Origin: Octopus sinensis
Lineage: Eukaryota
DNA length: 64,000 nt
Direction of reading: 5' to 3'
Assembly: GCF_006345805.1 (NCBI RefSeq)
Contig: NC_043015.1
Coordinates: 26,226,001-26,290,000 of the forward strand
Position 1 is the first letter of the stretch. Every line of letters begins with the position of its first letter. Positions 26,988 through 38,883 of this stretch are shown here, piece after piece. The notes below the pieces were generated by a model. It did not search any database. It saw nothing but the letters and a program-made list of their open reading frames with translations, and was not told where the DNA came from. The translations under genes were made by a program, and so were the position numbers.

Positions 26988-27539
26988 GAGTGAGAGAGCA
27001 GTGCATGCCATCAAAGTGACACTGGGGTAAATTATACGAAGCCCAGTATACCCATCATGACCACCCGTCTGATAAGGGTACACCAGGCACATGCATCACA
27101 ACCATATGTGCGCGACATGATGATTTCATATCAAGATAAACAACACATGACCTTGTAGGGGGGCCCAGTTAGAATTTTGTTCTGGTCGAGTAACTCATCC
27201 CGCTCAAAAGGTCCCTGAAGAAGGGTTGTTTAAGGATGTTGAACGAAACACTTTTTTCCAGAGGTGAATTATTCAAACCCCAAAGAATCCCTCTCAACAC
27301 ATGGCTATGATGCTCCCCCACTACTTCTTCTCGTGATCAGAGATGCATATATCGTCAGCCACTAAGGGACATGGTGAACTGGTTAAAGTCAAACAACTGA
27401 CAAGCAAATCTGTGGTATTGAGCAGAATATTTGCTGTAGCCCATCTTTTATACCAAGACATAACAATGTACATGATAACACTTCCAATCAGTTAAAATCA
27501 GAAGCCATGAGAGTCACTGTCTGGTACTGCATCAGGGCA

Positions 27540-27541
<2 letters not shown>
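26988..27541 (-). mobile_element. ~550-bp non-coding interspersed repeat embedded in (TAA)n, copy 1
   Basis: Highly similar to 27633-28143 and, inverted, to 31292-31589. Flanked by (ATT)n on both sides. Confidence 0.8.
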
Positions 27542-27576
<35 letters not shown>

Positions 27577-27632
27577 GTTGTTGTTGTTGTTGTTGTTGTT
27601 ATTATTATTATTATTATTATCATTATTATTAT

Positions 27633-28143
27633 TGAGTGTGAGACCAGTTCATGCCATCAAAGTGACACTGGGGTAAAATATACGAAGCCCAATATACCCA
27701 TCATGACTACCCGTCTGATAAGGGTACACCAGGCACATGCATCACAACCATGTGTGCGCGACATGATGATCTCATATCAAGATAACCAGCACATGACCTT
27801 GTAGGTGGGGGCCCAGTTAGAATTTTGTTCTGGTCGAGTAACCCATCCTGCTCAACAGGTCCATGAATAAGGGTTGTTTAAGGATGTTGAACGAAACATC
27901 CATTTTTCCAGAGGTGAATTATTCAAACCCCAAAGAATCCCTCTCAACACATGGCTATGATGCTCCCCCAGTACTTCTGCTCATGATCAGAGATGCACAT
28001 ATCTTCAGCCACTAAGGGACATGCTCAACTGGTTAAGGTCAAACAACTGACAAGCAAATCTGTGGTATTGAGCAGAATATTTACTGTAGCCCATCTTTTA
28101 TACCAAGACAAAACAATGTACATGATAACACTTCCAATCAGTT
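27633..28143 (-). mobile_element. same non-coding (TAA)n-associated repeat, copy 2 (slightly truncated)
   Basis: Colinear with 26988-27495. Confidence 0.8.
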
Positions 28144-29019
28144 TAGATCTATTATTATTATTATTATTATTATCACCACCATTACCATTATCATCATCAT
28201 CGTCAATGATTTTATTGTTTTATGTGTAGTCGCAGCAGTTGTTGCAGCAACAGCAACAGTAACGTAGGTAAGGGTGGTCGTTGGGACTCAGATTCCTGTG
28301 CTATCGTAATAGTAGCAGTAGTGGTATTGCAGCACTAGTAGTACTAAGTATTAACAGCAGTAGCCTATTATTATTATTATTTTTATCATTATCACCATCA
28401 CCGCCACTACTACCATTGTTTGAGAGAATTGTTGGTTAGCATTTGGTAAAGAGGTCATGTTCTATAGGTCTATAAATAGATTCAGCAGATGGTGGAGAAG
28501 TCAGCCAAAGAAACCAAGGACAACTCCCCACAATTTGGGTCACGAGAGGTCGAACCTGTTTACTACTGCCAGCGCTGCCTTGAAAAGCAATTCAACTTGT
28601 TATATTTGTAATTAATGGTCACACATATTATCTGATATTCACGTCGATGATTTTTAAATTTCTGAATTCAATCGTGTTGTTGCAATAAACGTTGTGTTTA
28701 CGTATTTGGATAATATATTAAAGTACATGGTGTTTGGGGCCGGAGATGATCTGTTATTGATGGATCTTTATGTATCAATCATGTTTACATGGTTGGAGAT
28801 GATATCGAGTTAAAATACATCATTTCGTTTGGAAAATAGCAATAAATATCAATGAGTATTGCTTACTCGGATATAGTCCAATCCTTTGCCAGTTACTTTT
28901 TGGCTCCATGCGATGTCTTTGTTTCCGATGTTTGTGGATAGATTTCGGAGCACTATTTTATCGCTCTCACATGTTAAACGTCCCCCGGTGTTCTTATTTA
29001 AACGACCCCCTGTGTTCTC

Positions 29020-29104
<85 letters not shown>

Positions 29105-29112
29105 CATTATTA

Positions 29113-29175
<63 letters not shown>
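29020..29175. repeat. (ATT)n microsatellite
   Basis: Directly visible. Abuts the 3' end of an old R4-like copy. Confidence 0.95.
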
Positions 29176-29177
<2 letters not shown>

Positions 29178-31062
29178 ATTTCCTTTCTATATGCATGTTT
29201 ATTACAATCACTTGCCGATTCACATCCAGCGTCCTAGGGCGCGTGAAGGATAAGAGATGACTGAAAGCTTGGGGAGGGTATGTGACAGGAGTAATAGCGA
29301 AATATCTTCATGTAATACGGCACAGACATTTAAATTAATAGGGTTTTTATAAGTATGTGGGCAGTACTTATTAGCACAATATTTCGGATTTCTCTGATAC
29401 ATGGTACTCCTGGGATATTATCTAGATATTTTTACATTCATTTCTTATAATATCTGGTGCACCCCGCAATAAAAGGACAGTTCTTGCTTCAAAATGCCAC
29501 ATCCTTTATATTTCAATTTCCAGGTCCTTATATTTACTTAATTTGTCAAATTCCTTTATAAATATATTTCTATCAGTGGCAACATTTATATCTATTAGTC
29601 TACAAGTATTTTCTTCCTCGTCTCTAATAATTATCTCTGGTCGATTAGCCCAGATTGTTCTATCAGTTTTGAATGGAGAATCGCAGAGGATAGTGATATT
29701 TTTACCTTCAACGACAGGCTCAGGATAATGTTCATAACAGTAAGCAGGAGTGTTGACTTTGTAGTGTTTACATATTTTCCAATATAAATACTGTCCTACC
29801 CTATCGTGCCGATTTTTGTATTCGTTCGGTGTCACCACAGGGCATCCCGTGACGAGATGGTCTATTGTTTCGTCAAATGTGTATCAGATTCTGCATTTAG
29901 GGTGAGGACAGTTTTGAAAAACGTTTCCTTTTAGTTTTTGGTAAGCAAGCTTTGGTCTTGTGCCACCAACACGAAAGATTCTGTCTCTGCTTCCTCTCCT
30001 GATCTTTGAGTCACAGATGGGTTCTTGCTTAGCCTACATCATCATTTGGGCTTCGAAACATGCACTGTTCCTGCAGAGGCTTCTGGCTCAACGACTCCTC
30101 AATTTGCTTCTGCTCGTCGGTTTTTGCAGTAAGTTTGATCCGTTGTGCTTGTTTTGTGGCAGTGGTTTTACGTTCTGCGTGTTAATGCCAAATTCACTTT
30201 CGAATTTGAAAGCATCCTTGACAATAGAATGTGAATTTTCCTGTTTTCCTGTTTGCACACAGGCCGCAGCATCCTCTGTACTAGATAAGTACCTATTCAT
30301 TGCTATTGCGAAGGTCCTACAGCACTACCAGCATCATTCTCTTCTATCTACTTCATAACCTTCCCCGACGGTAACTCTAGCCCATCCATACATTTGATTT
30401 TGCCCCTCTTCAAGACTAACGCACCACACTTTTTCAGTCCGAATTCCATTCTGATATCAACATTGAAAGTATACACCATATCAATGATGGAACTGACATG
30501 GAATTCATCTTCACCATAAAGTTTGAGGTCATCCATGAATAAAAAGTGGTCGACTCTTGATTACATACCCAGCCTTTGCTTTCTTCAGAATCAGTGTTAG
30601 TTGCATCATGATCAGTACAAAGTTCAATAGGGACAGGCAATCCCCTTGGAAGATGCCTCTCTTAATTTCTATTATCCCTAAATTTCTTCCCTAATCTCTC
30701 AGTTCCGGCCTTCACTGCGCCATAATTTTTCCAAGCAGTCGCTCAGCATTCGTTGCAGTACCAAATAGAATCATATATTCCATAATCCAAAAATGTGGGA
30801 TCATATCGTACGCCTTACAATAATCGAACCATGACATGGCTAAATTAGTTTCTAAGTACAGTTTTGCCTCCCAGTAGTTGATCCTTAGTACCTCTGCACT
30901 TACGATTACAACCCTTCTGCTCATGTAGCAGGACTCAATTATTTCCAGATGTGCGTACATTGATTCTGCAACTGTTCCATTCAATAGCGTCCGCATAAGT
31001 GGCAAACAGGATATCGGCCTGTAATTGTCTACCGTATTGCCTTTTCGTTGTTTTTCAAGCAC
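29176..31062 (-). mobile_element. old, divergent R4/Dong-like RT-RLE fragments
   Basis: NYRPISCL, WFDYCKAYDMIPH, MDDLKLY..IRMEFGLKKC, EYKNRHDRV..WKIC and RPEII..KLSKYKDLEIEI. Many stops, possibly a composite of two families. Confidence 0.8.
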
Positions 31063-31134
31063 AGCACTGCCCTACCTATTGTCAACTCCTCTGTTGTTAC
31101 TGGATCGGCATTCAACATGGAAATCCCGGTCTAC

Positions 31135-31291
31135 AAAGAGCAAAGACGAAGTATCAGCAAACTCCAGCAGGAGTCACTGGAAATGAGAATTGCAAAATCT
31201 TGTGGGATGTAATCATCCAGCACGATCTCCTGACCAGACACCGAAAACCGAACATTGTTATTGTGACTAATGGAGAAAGAACATGTATGAA
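31135..31291 (+). mobile_element. R4-like RLE-domain fragment
   Basis: YQQTPAGVTGNENCKILWDVIIQHDLLTRHRKPNIVIV resembles W.H.P..V.EN...LLW.F.IQTD.....RPDI. Confidence 0.65.
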
Positions 31292-31589
31292 AGGGATTCT
31301 TTTGGATTTGAATAATTCACCTTTGGAAACATGGGTGTTTCCTTAAACAACCTTATTCAGGGACCTTTTGAGCATGATGGATTACCCGACGAGAAGAAAA
31401 TTCTAACTGGGCCCCATCTGCAAGGTCATGTGCTGTTTATCTTGATATGAGATCACCATGTCGCGCACATATGGTTGTGATGCATGTGCCTAGTGTACCC
31501 TTATCAGATGGATAGTAATGATGGGTATACTGGGCTTCGTATATTTTACCCCAGTGTCACTTTGATGGCATGCACTGCTCTCTCACTCA
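31292..31589 (+). mobile_element. 5'-truncated copy 3 of the non-coding (TAA)n-associated repeat
   Basis: Reverse complement of 26988-27295. Followed by (AAT)n at 31590-31675. Confidence 0.8.
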
Positions 31590-31612
31590 ATAATAATAAT
31601 AATAGTGATAAC

Positions 31613-31671
<59 letters not shown>

Positions 31672-31699
31672 TAATAAAACCTCAATCCAGCTATAAATT

Positions 31700-32010
31700 G
31701 CAATTCAATCCCAGAAATGATGCATGGAACCCATCATCTACGCAGATACTGATCGCCTATGCACGAAGATTGCAACTGGAGGGAGAGAACAGACAGTGTA
31801 GCTATCGAACTCGAGAGTTTAATGAAATACCTAGCCCAAAGTAAGGATGGCTTGCTTGTGTCAGTTAGGAACGAGCGAGTATTGAAAGCAGAAAAAAGAA
31901 AAAACGAAGGAGGAAGTACAAAAAGGACACGAAGAAGACTTATACAGCAAAGGACTACACAATCAATTCCATGTTGCTGGAAAAAATAGGTGGGATTGGA
32001 TGAAGAAGGA
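31700..32010 (+). mobile_element. degenerate R4-like post-RT fragment
   Basis: ADTDRL..GGR resembles ADTERLYLPRKEGGR. SLMKYLAQSKDGLLVSV also fits this region. Confidence 0.45.
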
Positions 32011-32589
32011 AATGTTTCAACTGTTTCGGCCAGATCTCTGGCACTGCTTCTTTAGCGTTTTCCAATATAGGCACAACATACTGGAGAATAGTTTCGTCAC
32101 TAATGTCCTATTGAAATCTAGAAGAGCTAAAGACATCACCAAACTAGAGTAAAGCAACCCCACCAAAGCAGCACCGAAATTCCGCCTTCGAGACATTCGA
32201 ATTTCAAACTATCTACTACAATATGTTGCAATTGGAAGAACTATCACGACAAAATGATTTCAGAATAAATTTCACTGCAATATATTATCGACCACGTCTT
32301 TGGAAATCGATATTTATGTTTTTATGTCACACTTCTCGTTTAGTACAATCTAACTTTATACTTTACAAATAAATCTTCAACAAACGGGGTGAGTTTTGCC
32401 TCAAACTTGGAATGGAATACTGGATATTTGTAAGAGGAAGGCAGCATGGTTGGAACTTACTTGTGTCCAATAACAACTATTCTTCTTATGCACTACGTGG
32501 GATGATGCATTGTGCATGCGTGTGGGCGGTGCACGCTTATGTCCATAGGTGTTTGTGTGTGTGTGTTTGTGTGTGTGTGTTTGTGTGTC

Positions 32590-32663
<74 letters not shown>

Positions 32664-35499
32664 TGTGTTCATGACCCAAAATGTAGATTTGCTATATTGA
32701 AATATATTTCAGTTTTCCTACAGCCCTCTATGTTGTACATAAAATAAGTATTTCTAATTAATGATGAGTTGTCAGAATCACAGACATGAAATATTAGTCC
32801 ATCAAATCATGTGGAGCTTGACTTGGGAATGCTTTATTAAAATTTTAATATCATTCTTTTGTTTGTGAAAAAGGCACCTGGCATATGTTCTCTGGAGAGC
32901 GGTCGACTAACCATTAAACTGTCCATTAGAAGACTTGCTTTATTTCTTGAACATAATCAGTATAGAGATGTTGTGTTTATCTAATCGGTAAGAAGGCTTT
33001 ATCATATGTAAAACTATTTCAGTTTTTCTGATTAACGTTGTGTGTTGCGTACGGCAGGTATATACGTATAGCTATGTGTGTGCGTAAATGTGAATGAGAA
33101 TGTGTGTGTGTGAGATTATAATAAAATACCTCGTCCGAATTTGTTCCCACATAGAATGTCCTTATCTAGGATCGCCTCGTTGTGAAGCAAATTTCTTAAA
33201 CACACAGTAATTCCCGTACCTGTTATGTAATACTCCGATTCGATCACTAATTGGCAAATACGAATTCGAAGAAGATATATAATTTGATAGAAACATCAAA
33301 GCAACTCTCTGCTTATGGTTAATGAGAATTTATTTTAGGAATAATATATACATAGACTATAAATAATATACAAATATACAAACACGTAAATAGTATGAGC
33401 TTGGAATAAATGGATGCATACAGAAGATGTTTCGATTCTATTAGGTTTTAATGGCGATCCTTCGGAAGATAGTTTCGCATTAGTTTTAGATCAAAGCAAG
33501 AAATATATTATTCAACCGAACCCATTAATTCGTGTATTCTATGCTGCCGCGTGTAAGATTCCTTCATTTTCATATCATCTAAGCATGATGGTTGTGGCGA
33601 AAATTGCAGCTACAAAATTATATTTCCAGTTGACGTTTGTTTATTTCAAAGTTAACGCCGCATGTTTTTTTTTAATTCCTGACAATATGATGTTAATTAT
33701 TTTATGAAAGAAGCATGATATGTTTTGCTTTTGAATACGAACTAACTTGTTGATGTATCAACAAAGACTTGTTGATTGGACGTCATAACATGAGCGATTG
33801 AAAACAAAATGAATTTATTACAAAATAAACAGGAATTTGTCAACCACAATTGATATTTCCTAATATATATAAGCATATATACACACATACATACAAACAT
33901 ATATACACACCTCAAAAAAACACGCGCACGCGAATACACACAGATCTAGGTACATGTACACATGCATATCTATATGCGTGTATATATATATATAATTTGC
34001 TAATTTTAACAAATTGAAACTGAAGGATTTCTTAAGAATCATTAGTTTGTGATAAAGTTTGAAGCTGCCAACTCTACTGAATTGAATCGATAGAAAACAC
34101 AAACATAATACTTGAACAGCTAACCGTAAATTCAATAATTTTTGTGAAACAAAATATTTCCAATTGATTTATTTCGTTGTGCGAGGCACCGGAAGTTTTA
34201 TTTACAAATTCAGTGAAGCCGGAACTGGTTCTTGGCAAACATAGCGATCTTTAGGAAGAAATAGTCAAGGAAAATTGATATATAGAAGACATTAGCGAAT
34301 TACATTCAGCTTTAATACAAACTGTATGCAAATGAATATAACTGGGGAAAAAATATGAAATGTGCGTGTGTGTGTGTGTGTGTGTGTGATTGTACGTAAG
34401 AAAGAGAATGTTATTCTTTATTAGAAGTATGAAAGAATCGAAAAGTAACTCCTATGGCACATTATTTAAAAATATTTACAGAAAAGCTTCAATGGAGAAC
34501 TCACATTGTACAGTTGGAGGAAACATTATTTCTTTTGTGCAAATAGAAGCTCAAATGCGAAGATACTCTGGCAAGAGGTGGAATATGAGCGTCTGTTAAA
34601 TATGAAATTACAAACCGAGCCCCCCGCCACCACTTACACACAAACACACGCACATTCTGATTCACAGATATACGCACACAAACACATACGCCTATTATAT
34701 TTAAAACAAAGTGATTCAGAAACATTTGAATAAATTCAAACATTACAAAGCCTGCTTGTGGGCACAATAGGAATGTAAATACATTCTGTCAACATAAACG
34801 AAAACATTCACAACTCGCTTTCAATATGTTTAGATTAAGACATGTACGCACACATACACGCATGCACGCACACACACACACACATACACACACGCACACA
34901 CACACACACGCGCGCTCATACACATACGTATGAATATAAGCTTTTAAAAATGTACGTATAAGTATATATATATATATACATGTATGTATATATATACATA
35001 CAAATATTTATATATATACATATATATCTATCTGTCTGTCAGTATATATGTATATATAAAAAGATACGAAGATAAATAGATATGCAGATTCGTTGTAGGC
35101 GATAATATGGATAATTTAAAACAATTCCTTCTGCTTTACTTCCTTACATCAGTGTAGAGGCTGGGCATCAGAAAATGAAATCCATCTTGTAATTTGAAAA
35201 ATAAAATAGCAAGACAATTGCCAATATTCTTGCTTCCTTATTCAATACGATTATCGTGTATCATATCTATCTGTTGCTGTCAGCAAGACTTCTCAGTTGG
35301 CAGTTGATATTTTAACCCTAACTCGTGCATTTCAAATCAACACACATATTTTACTCCGCTGCTACCTTCCAAAATGGCAGATGTCCAAATATTGAAACGC
35401 ATCAATTTCTGTTTCTGCTCTTCCCCCTATTCTCTCACCACTCTCTCTCTTTCTTCTCGATTTCTCTCTTTCCCGCAGTAAACACACTCGTACACAGAT

Positions 35500-35860
35500 A
35501 CACATACGCATATAAATACATACATATATATATATAAATACATGTCTACATATATGTATGTCTGTGTGTATGTATATATATGTATATATATATACACACA
35601 CACACAAGCCTATATATCTGTATATTGCCGACAGAGATTAATACATATGCATGTACTACATATATGTACCTGGGTTCGTGTATATTTATACACATACATA
35701 TATATACATATATATATTCATATATGCATACATATATAAATGCATATGTATATATGAATATATATGTACATACATACATAATACATACATACACATATAT
35801 ATAGATACATAGATACATACATATATATACATATATATATATATACATACATACACACAC

Positions 35861-35891
<31 letters not shown>

Positions 35892-35902
35892 ATATATATA
35901 TA

Positions 35903-35968
<66 letters not shown>

Positions 35969-36070
35969 TACATACATACATACATACATACATGCATGCA
36001 TACATACATACATACATACATACATACATACATACATACATACATACATACATACATACATACATACATC
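35500..36070. repeat. (TA)n/(CATA)n low-complexity tract
   Basis: Directly visible. Confidence 0.95.
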
Positions 36071-36279
36071 ATACTCACACACGATTCAACAATTCAGTTA
36101 ACGCCTGGTCCGGGAATCATCAATAATGATATGTGACAGAAATTCTAAATTCTTTTCGCACCAGAATCTTTCTATTTTCATTTTATTTTATTTTATATAT
36201 TTCTACACATTTTTTTTTTTGCTTCTCGTATCTTTTGGCTGTGATTTTCAGCTATTGCCTATCTTCACATAATGTAGAA

Positions 36280-36317
<38 letters not shown>

Positions 36318-37347
36318 AAACTAGCAAAAACATCCTATTTGCAATTCATTCCACCTTTCTAATCTATTAAACAGAATTGTTTCTTTTGTCTAGAACTGGC
36401 TTCACAAGAAATGCATATCAATGATCGACAAGAAGTAAATTTTTCTGAATAATTTCGATATTACATTTGAGCAGAGACATTTAGATTTCAAGTTGGGATA
36501 AGTGCCATCTTAAAAGACGTGATTAAGATTTCAGATTCTTGGGGAGACGTGGTTGTATAACATCAATGCGATGTAATACGAGTTTGATGCAGAGAGGCTG
36601 AAATCCTATTTATTGCTCAATTGATTCGATCGTTAATTTGTCTGCACAACACAACAAAGGTACAAAACAATAATATGAAGGTAAAGAAGTCCCAAAGAAT
36701 GACACTGTCAACACGATAGTTGCCAACATGTTAAATTAACATGCATTGCTTCGTAAATGTAATATAATTTCTTGTGACTGTATAATCTTTGGTATTTCTG
36801 ATTTTATTTCTTAAATATCATTTTATACAATGCAATGTCTCCTTCCACGTGACCGGTGTTCGTTCAAGCCTGACCTTTCTTTCTTGGTTCGACAACCATC
36901 CGTGCAACATCTATATTCATTCCCATGGCTGTCACCGCCTATGTCCCTGCCGCAAGGCTTCACTCCCACACACGCCAGCTTAAGTTAATTCCGCCTTAGT
37001 CAAAAGATACCTATTGTTAATATCCTTCTGTTTGCATTTGTATTAGTGTAACATGTCTCCGTTTTCTTTTTCATCCTTGTTTTCATATACTTTCGCTGCT
37101 TTCTTCCGAGGAATCTAGAGATCTTAGCTTAGATTTTCCTTGGGCATGGCCAGATTGGAGCAGTCTCTTAGCTTAGATTTTCCTTGCGGCTGGCCAGATT
37201 GCAGCAGTCGCGAGTATAACCAGCCGAAACTGCAAAGATAATCTGGAACTCGACTGACGAAAGAAAACTCCGAATGACCCGTCCTTGCTTTTTCTTGTCC
37301 CTTTTTTACCATCTGTACCATCTGCGTTCTTGTTTCATTTTTTGTAT

Positions 37348-37389
<42 letters not shown>

Positions 37390-37391
37390 TA

Positions 37392-37433
<42 letters not shown>

Positions 37434-37461
37434 GAGAAAGAAGCAACAAGAATGGATTAGT

Positions 37462-37552
37462 TTTTAGTACAATTGTTTCATACAAAGACAGGCTTTATTA
37501 AAAGTTGCAAAAATTGCAGCAGATAAAAGTGTCCCGTACTCATCAGCTAAAA
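37462..37552 (-). ncRNA. type I minimal hammerhead ribozyme in the Penelope 3' region
   Basis: Minus strand reads ttttag CTGATGA gtacgggaca...tgtctttgtat GAAA c aatt g TA ctaaaa. Stem I is 6 bp, the core is intact, stem II is long, stem III has a palindromic AAUU loop, and the cleavage triplet is GUA. Confidence 0.85.
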
Positions 37553-38883
37553 TACATATGAGTTCTCCAGACATCTTAGTGGGCGAGGCTATACTCATGA
37601 AGTATTGGAGATAATTTCATTAAAAGCAGATTTAGGTTGTAAACAGATTTCCGAAGTTCATTAATGATGATGCACAGTCTTATCACAGGTTTTTTAAAAA
37701 AGCTTATTAGCTTCACAGAGAAGGTGAATTAATCCGTAGTGTAGATGTAAATTTCCAGAGATATGAGGAGGGATTTCATACTCACAGACGATGAATTTAT
37801 CCATGGTTAATCCACAATGAGGTGGGTATCATTTCATGCTATATGATAAGGTATTTGCCACATTACTGTTCTCTTCACAAGACTGCTAAGTTATGACTTC
37901 TAAAGGCTGAAGGAATATTTGTGGAGCAAAGAAAAGAAAAGAAAGGAAAGAGAAGAAAAGAGACAAGGAAAGGGAAAAAGAAAAAAAGAAAAAGGAAAAA
38001 AGAAAAAAGGAAAAGAAAAGAGAAAAAAGGGGAGAAGAAAAGAAAAAAGAAAAAGAAGAAGAAAAAAAGGGGAAAGAAAAAAGGGAAAGAAGGGAGAAAA
38101 GAAAAAACGCCCACATAGAGTATACTGTGACAACTTAGAGGGAAAGGGGTTCTAAAGTGACCTACTCCACAGAAGAATTTGTAGACGGCCTGGCTGGCTT
38201 GAATTTGCAAGAATCCAGGAACTATAAGGAGAATATTATTTTTGACCAGTAAAACAGCTATTTATTGCCAACCTGACGTAGTTGAAAGCAGATATGAATC
38301 TAAGGAGAATCTAAAGAGATAACAAGGTCAGGGGTAGAGGGGTCAAAGGCTATCATCAAAAGGAAATACATTAAGAGAAAAAATCTAAGTGTAATCCTAA
38401 CAAGAGGTCAATTTAAATTTATTTATTTATTTATTCCTGTTACTGTCTTAATTTGTTGCCGTTACTATCTATACATTGACAGACTACAGGTCAAAACTTA
38501 GAAGTTAGTTTACAAGGTGTGATGGAATTGTCTATTATATTGAAATTTCTCATACTACTTTCAAGGGTGTAGCCTTACTTATTTAATTTTGTAATAGAAT
38601 TATGAAGCCTAAGTAACTTATTTTATTAAAGTTGTGTTACCTAAATTAGATTAAATTCAAAATTAAAAATTAAAAATTAAGATTTAAAATTAAATAAAAC
38701 TTCATTTAAGCAACGTACAAGCACTATTTATTTCGTTGTGCTCACAATCAGGTGCAGTTAAAAAGAAAAAGATAACTATAGTGTGAGAACTCGCAGTTAT
38801 CTACTTAAAAATTAAAGTAATGCTATACTAGTAAAAACCAAGCTATATCTATCTATCTATCTTGTTACGATTATTCTATACAG

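Noticed and set aside
35546-36082. Long YI/CV/HT/poly-I/poly-N ORFs here and throughout the track
   Set aside because: Translations of (TA)n, (TG)n, (CATA)n and (ATT)n microsatellites.
37122-37270. 44-bp tandem duplication with ggctgg/ccagcc-GAAA, suggestive of a ribozyme or CRISPR-like repeat
   Set aside because: Only two adjacent units with no spacer, no CUGANGA before the stem, and a eukaryotic context.
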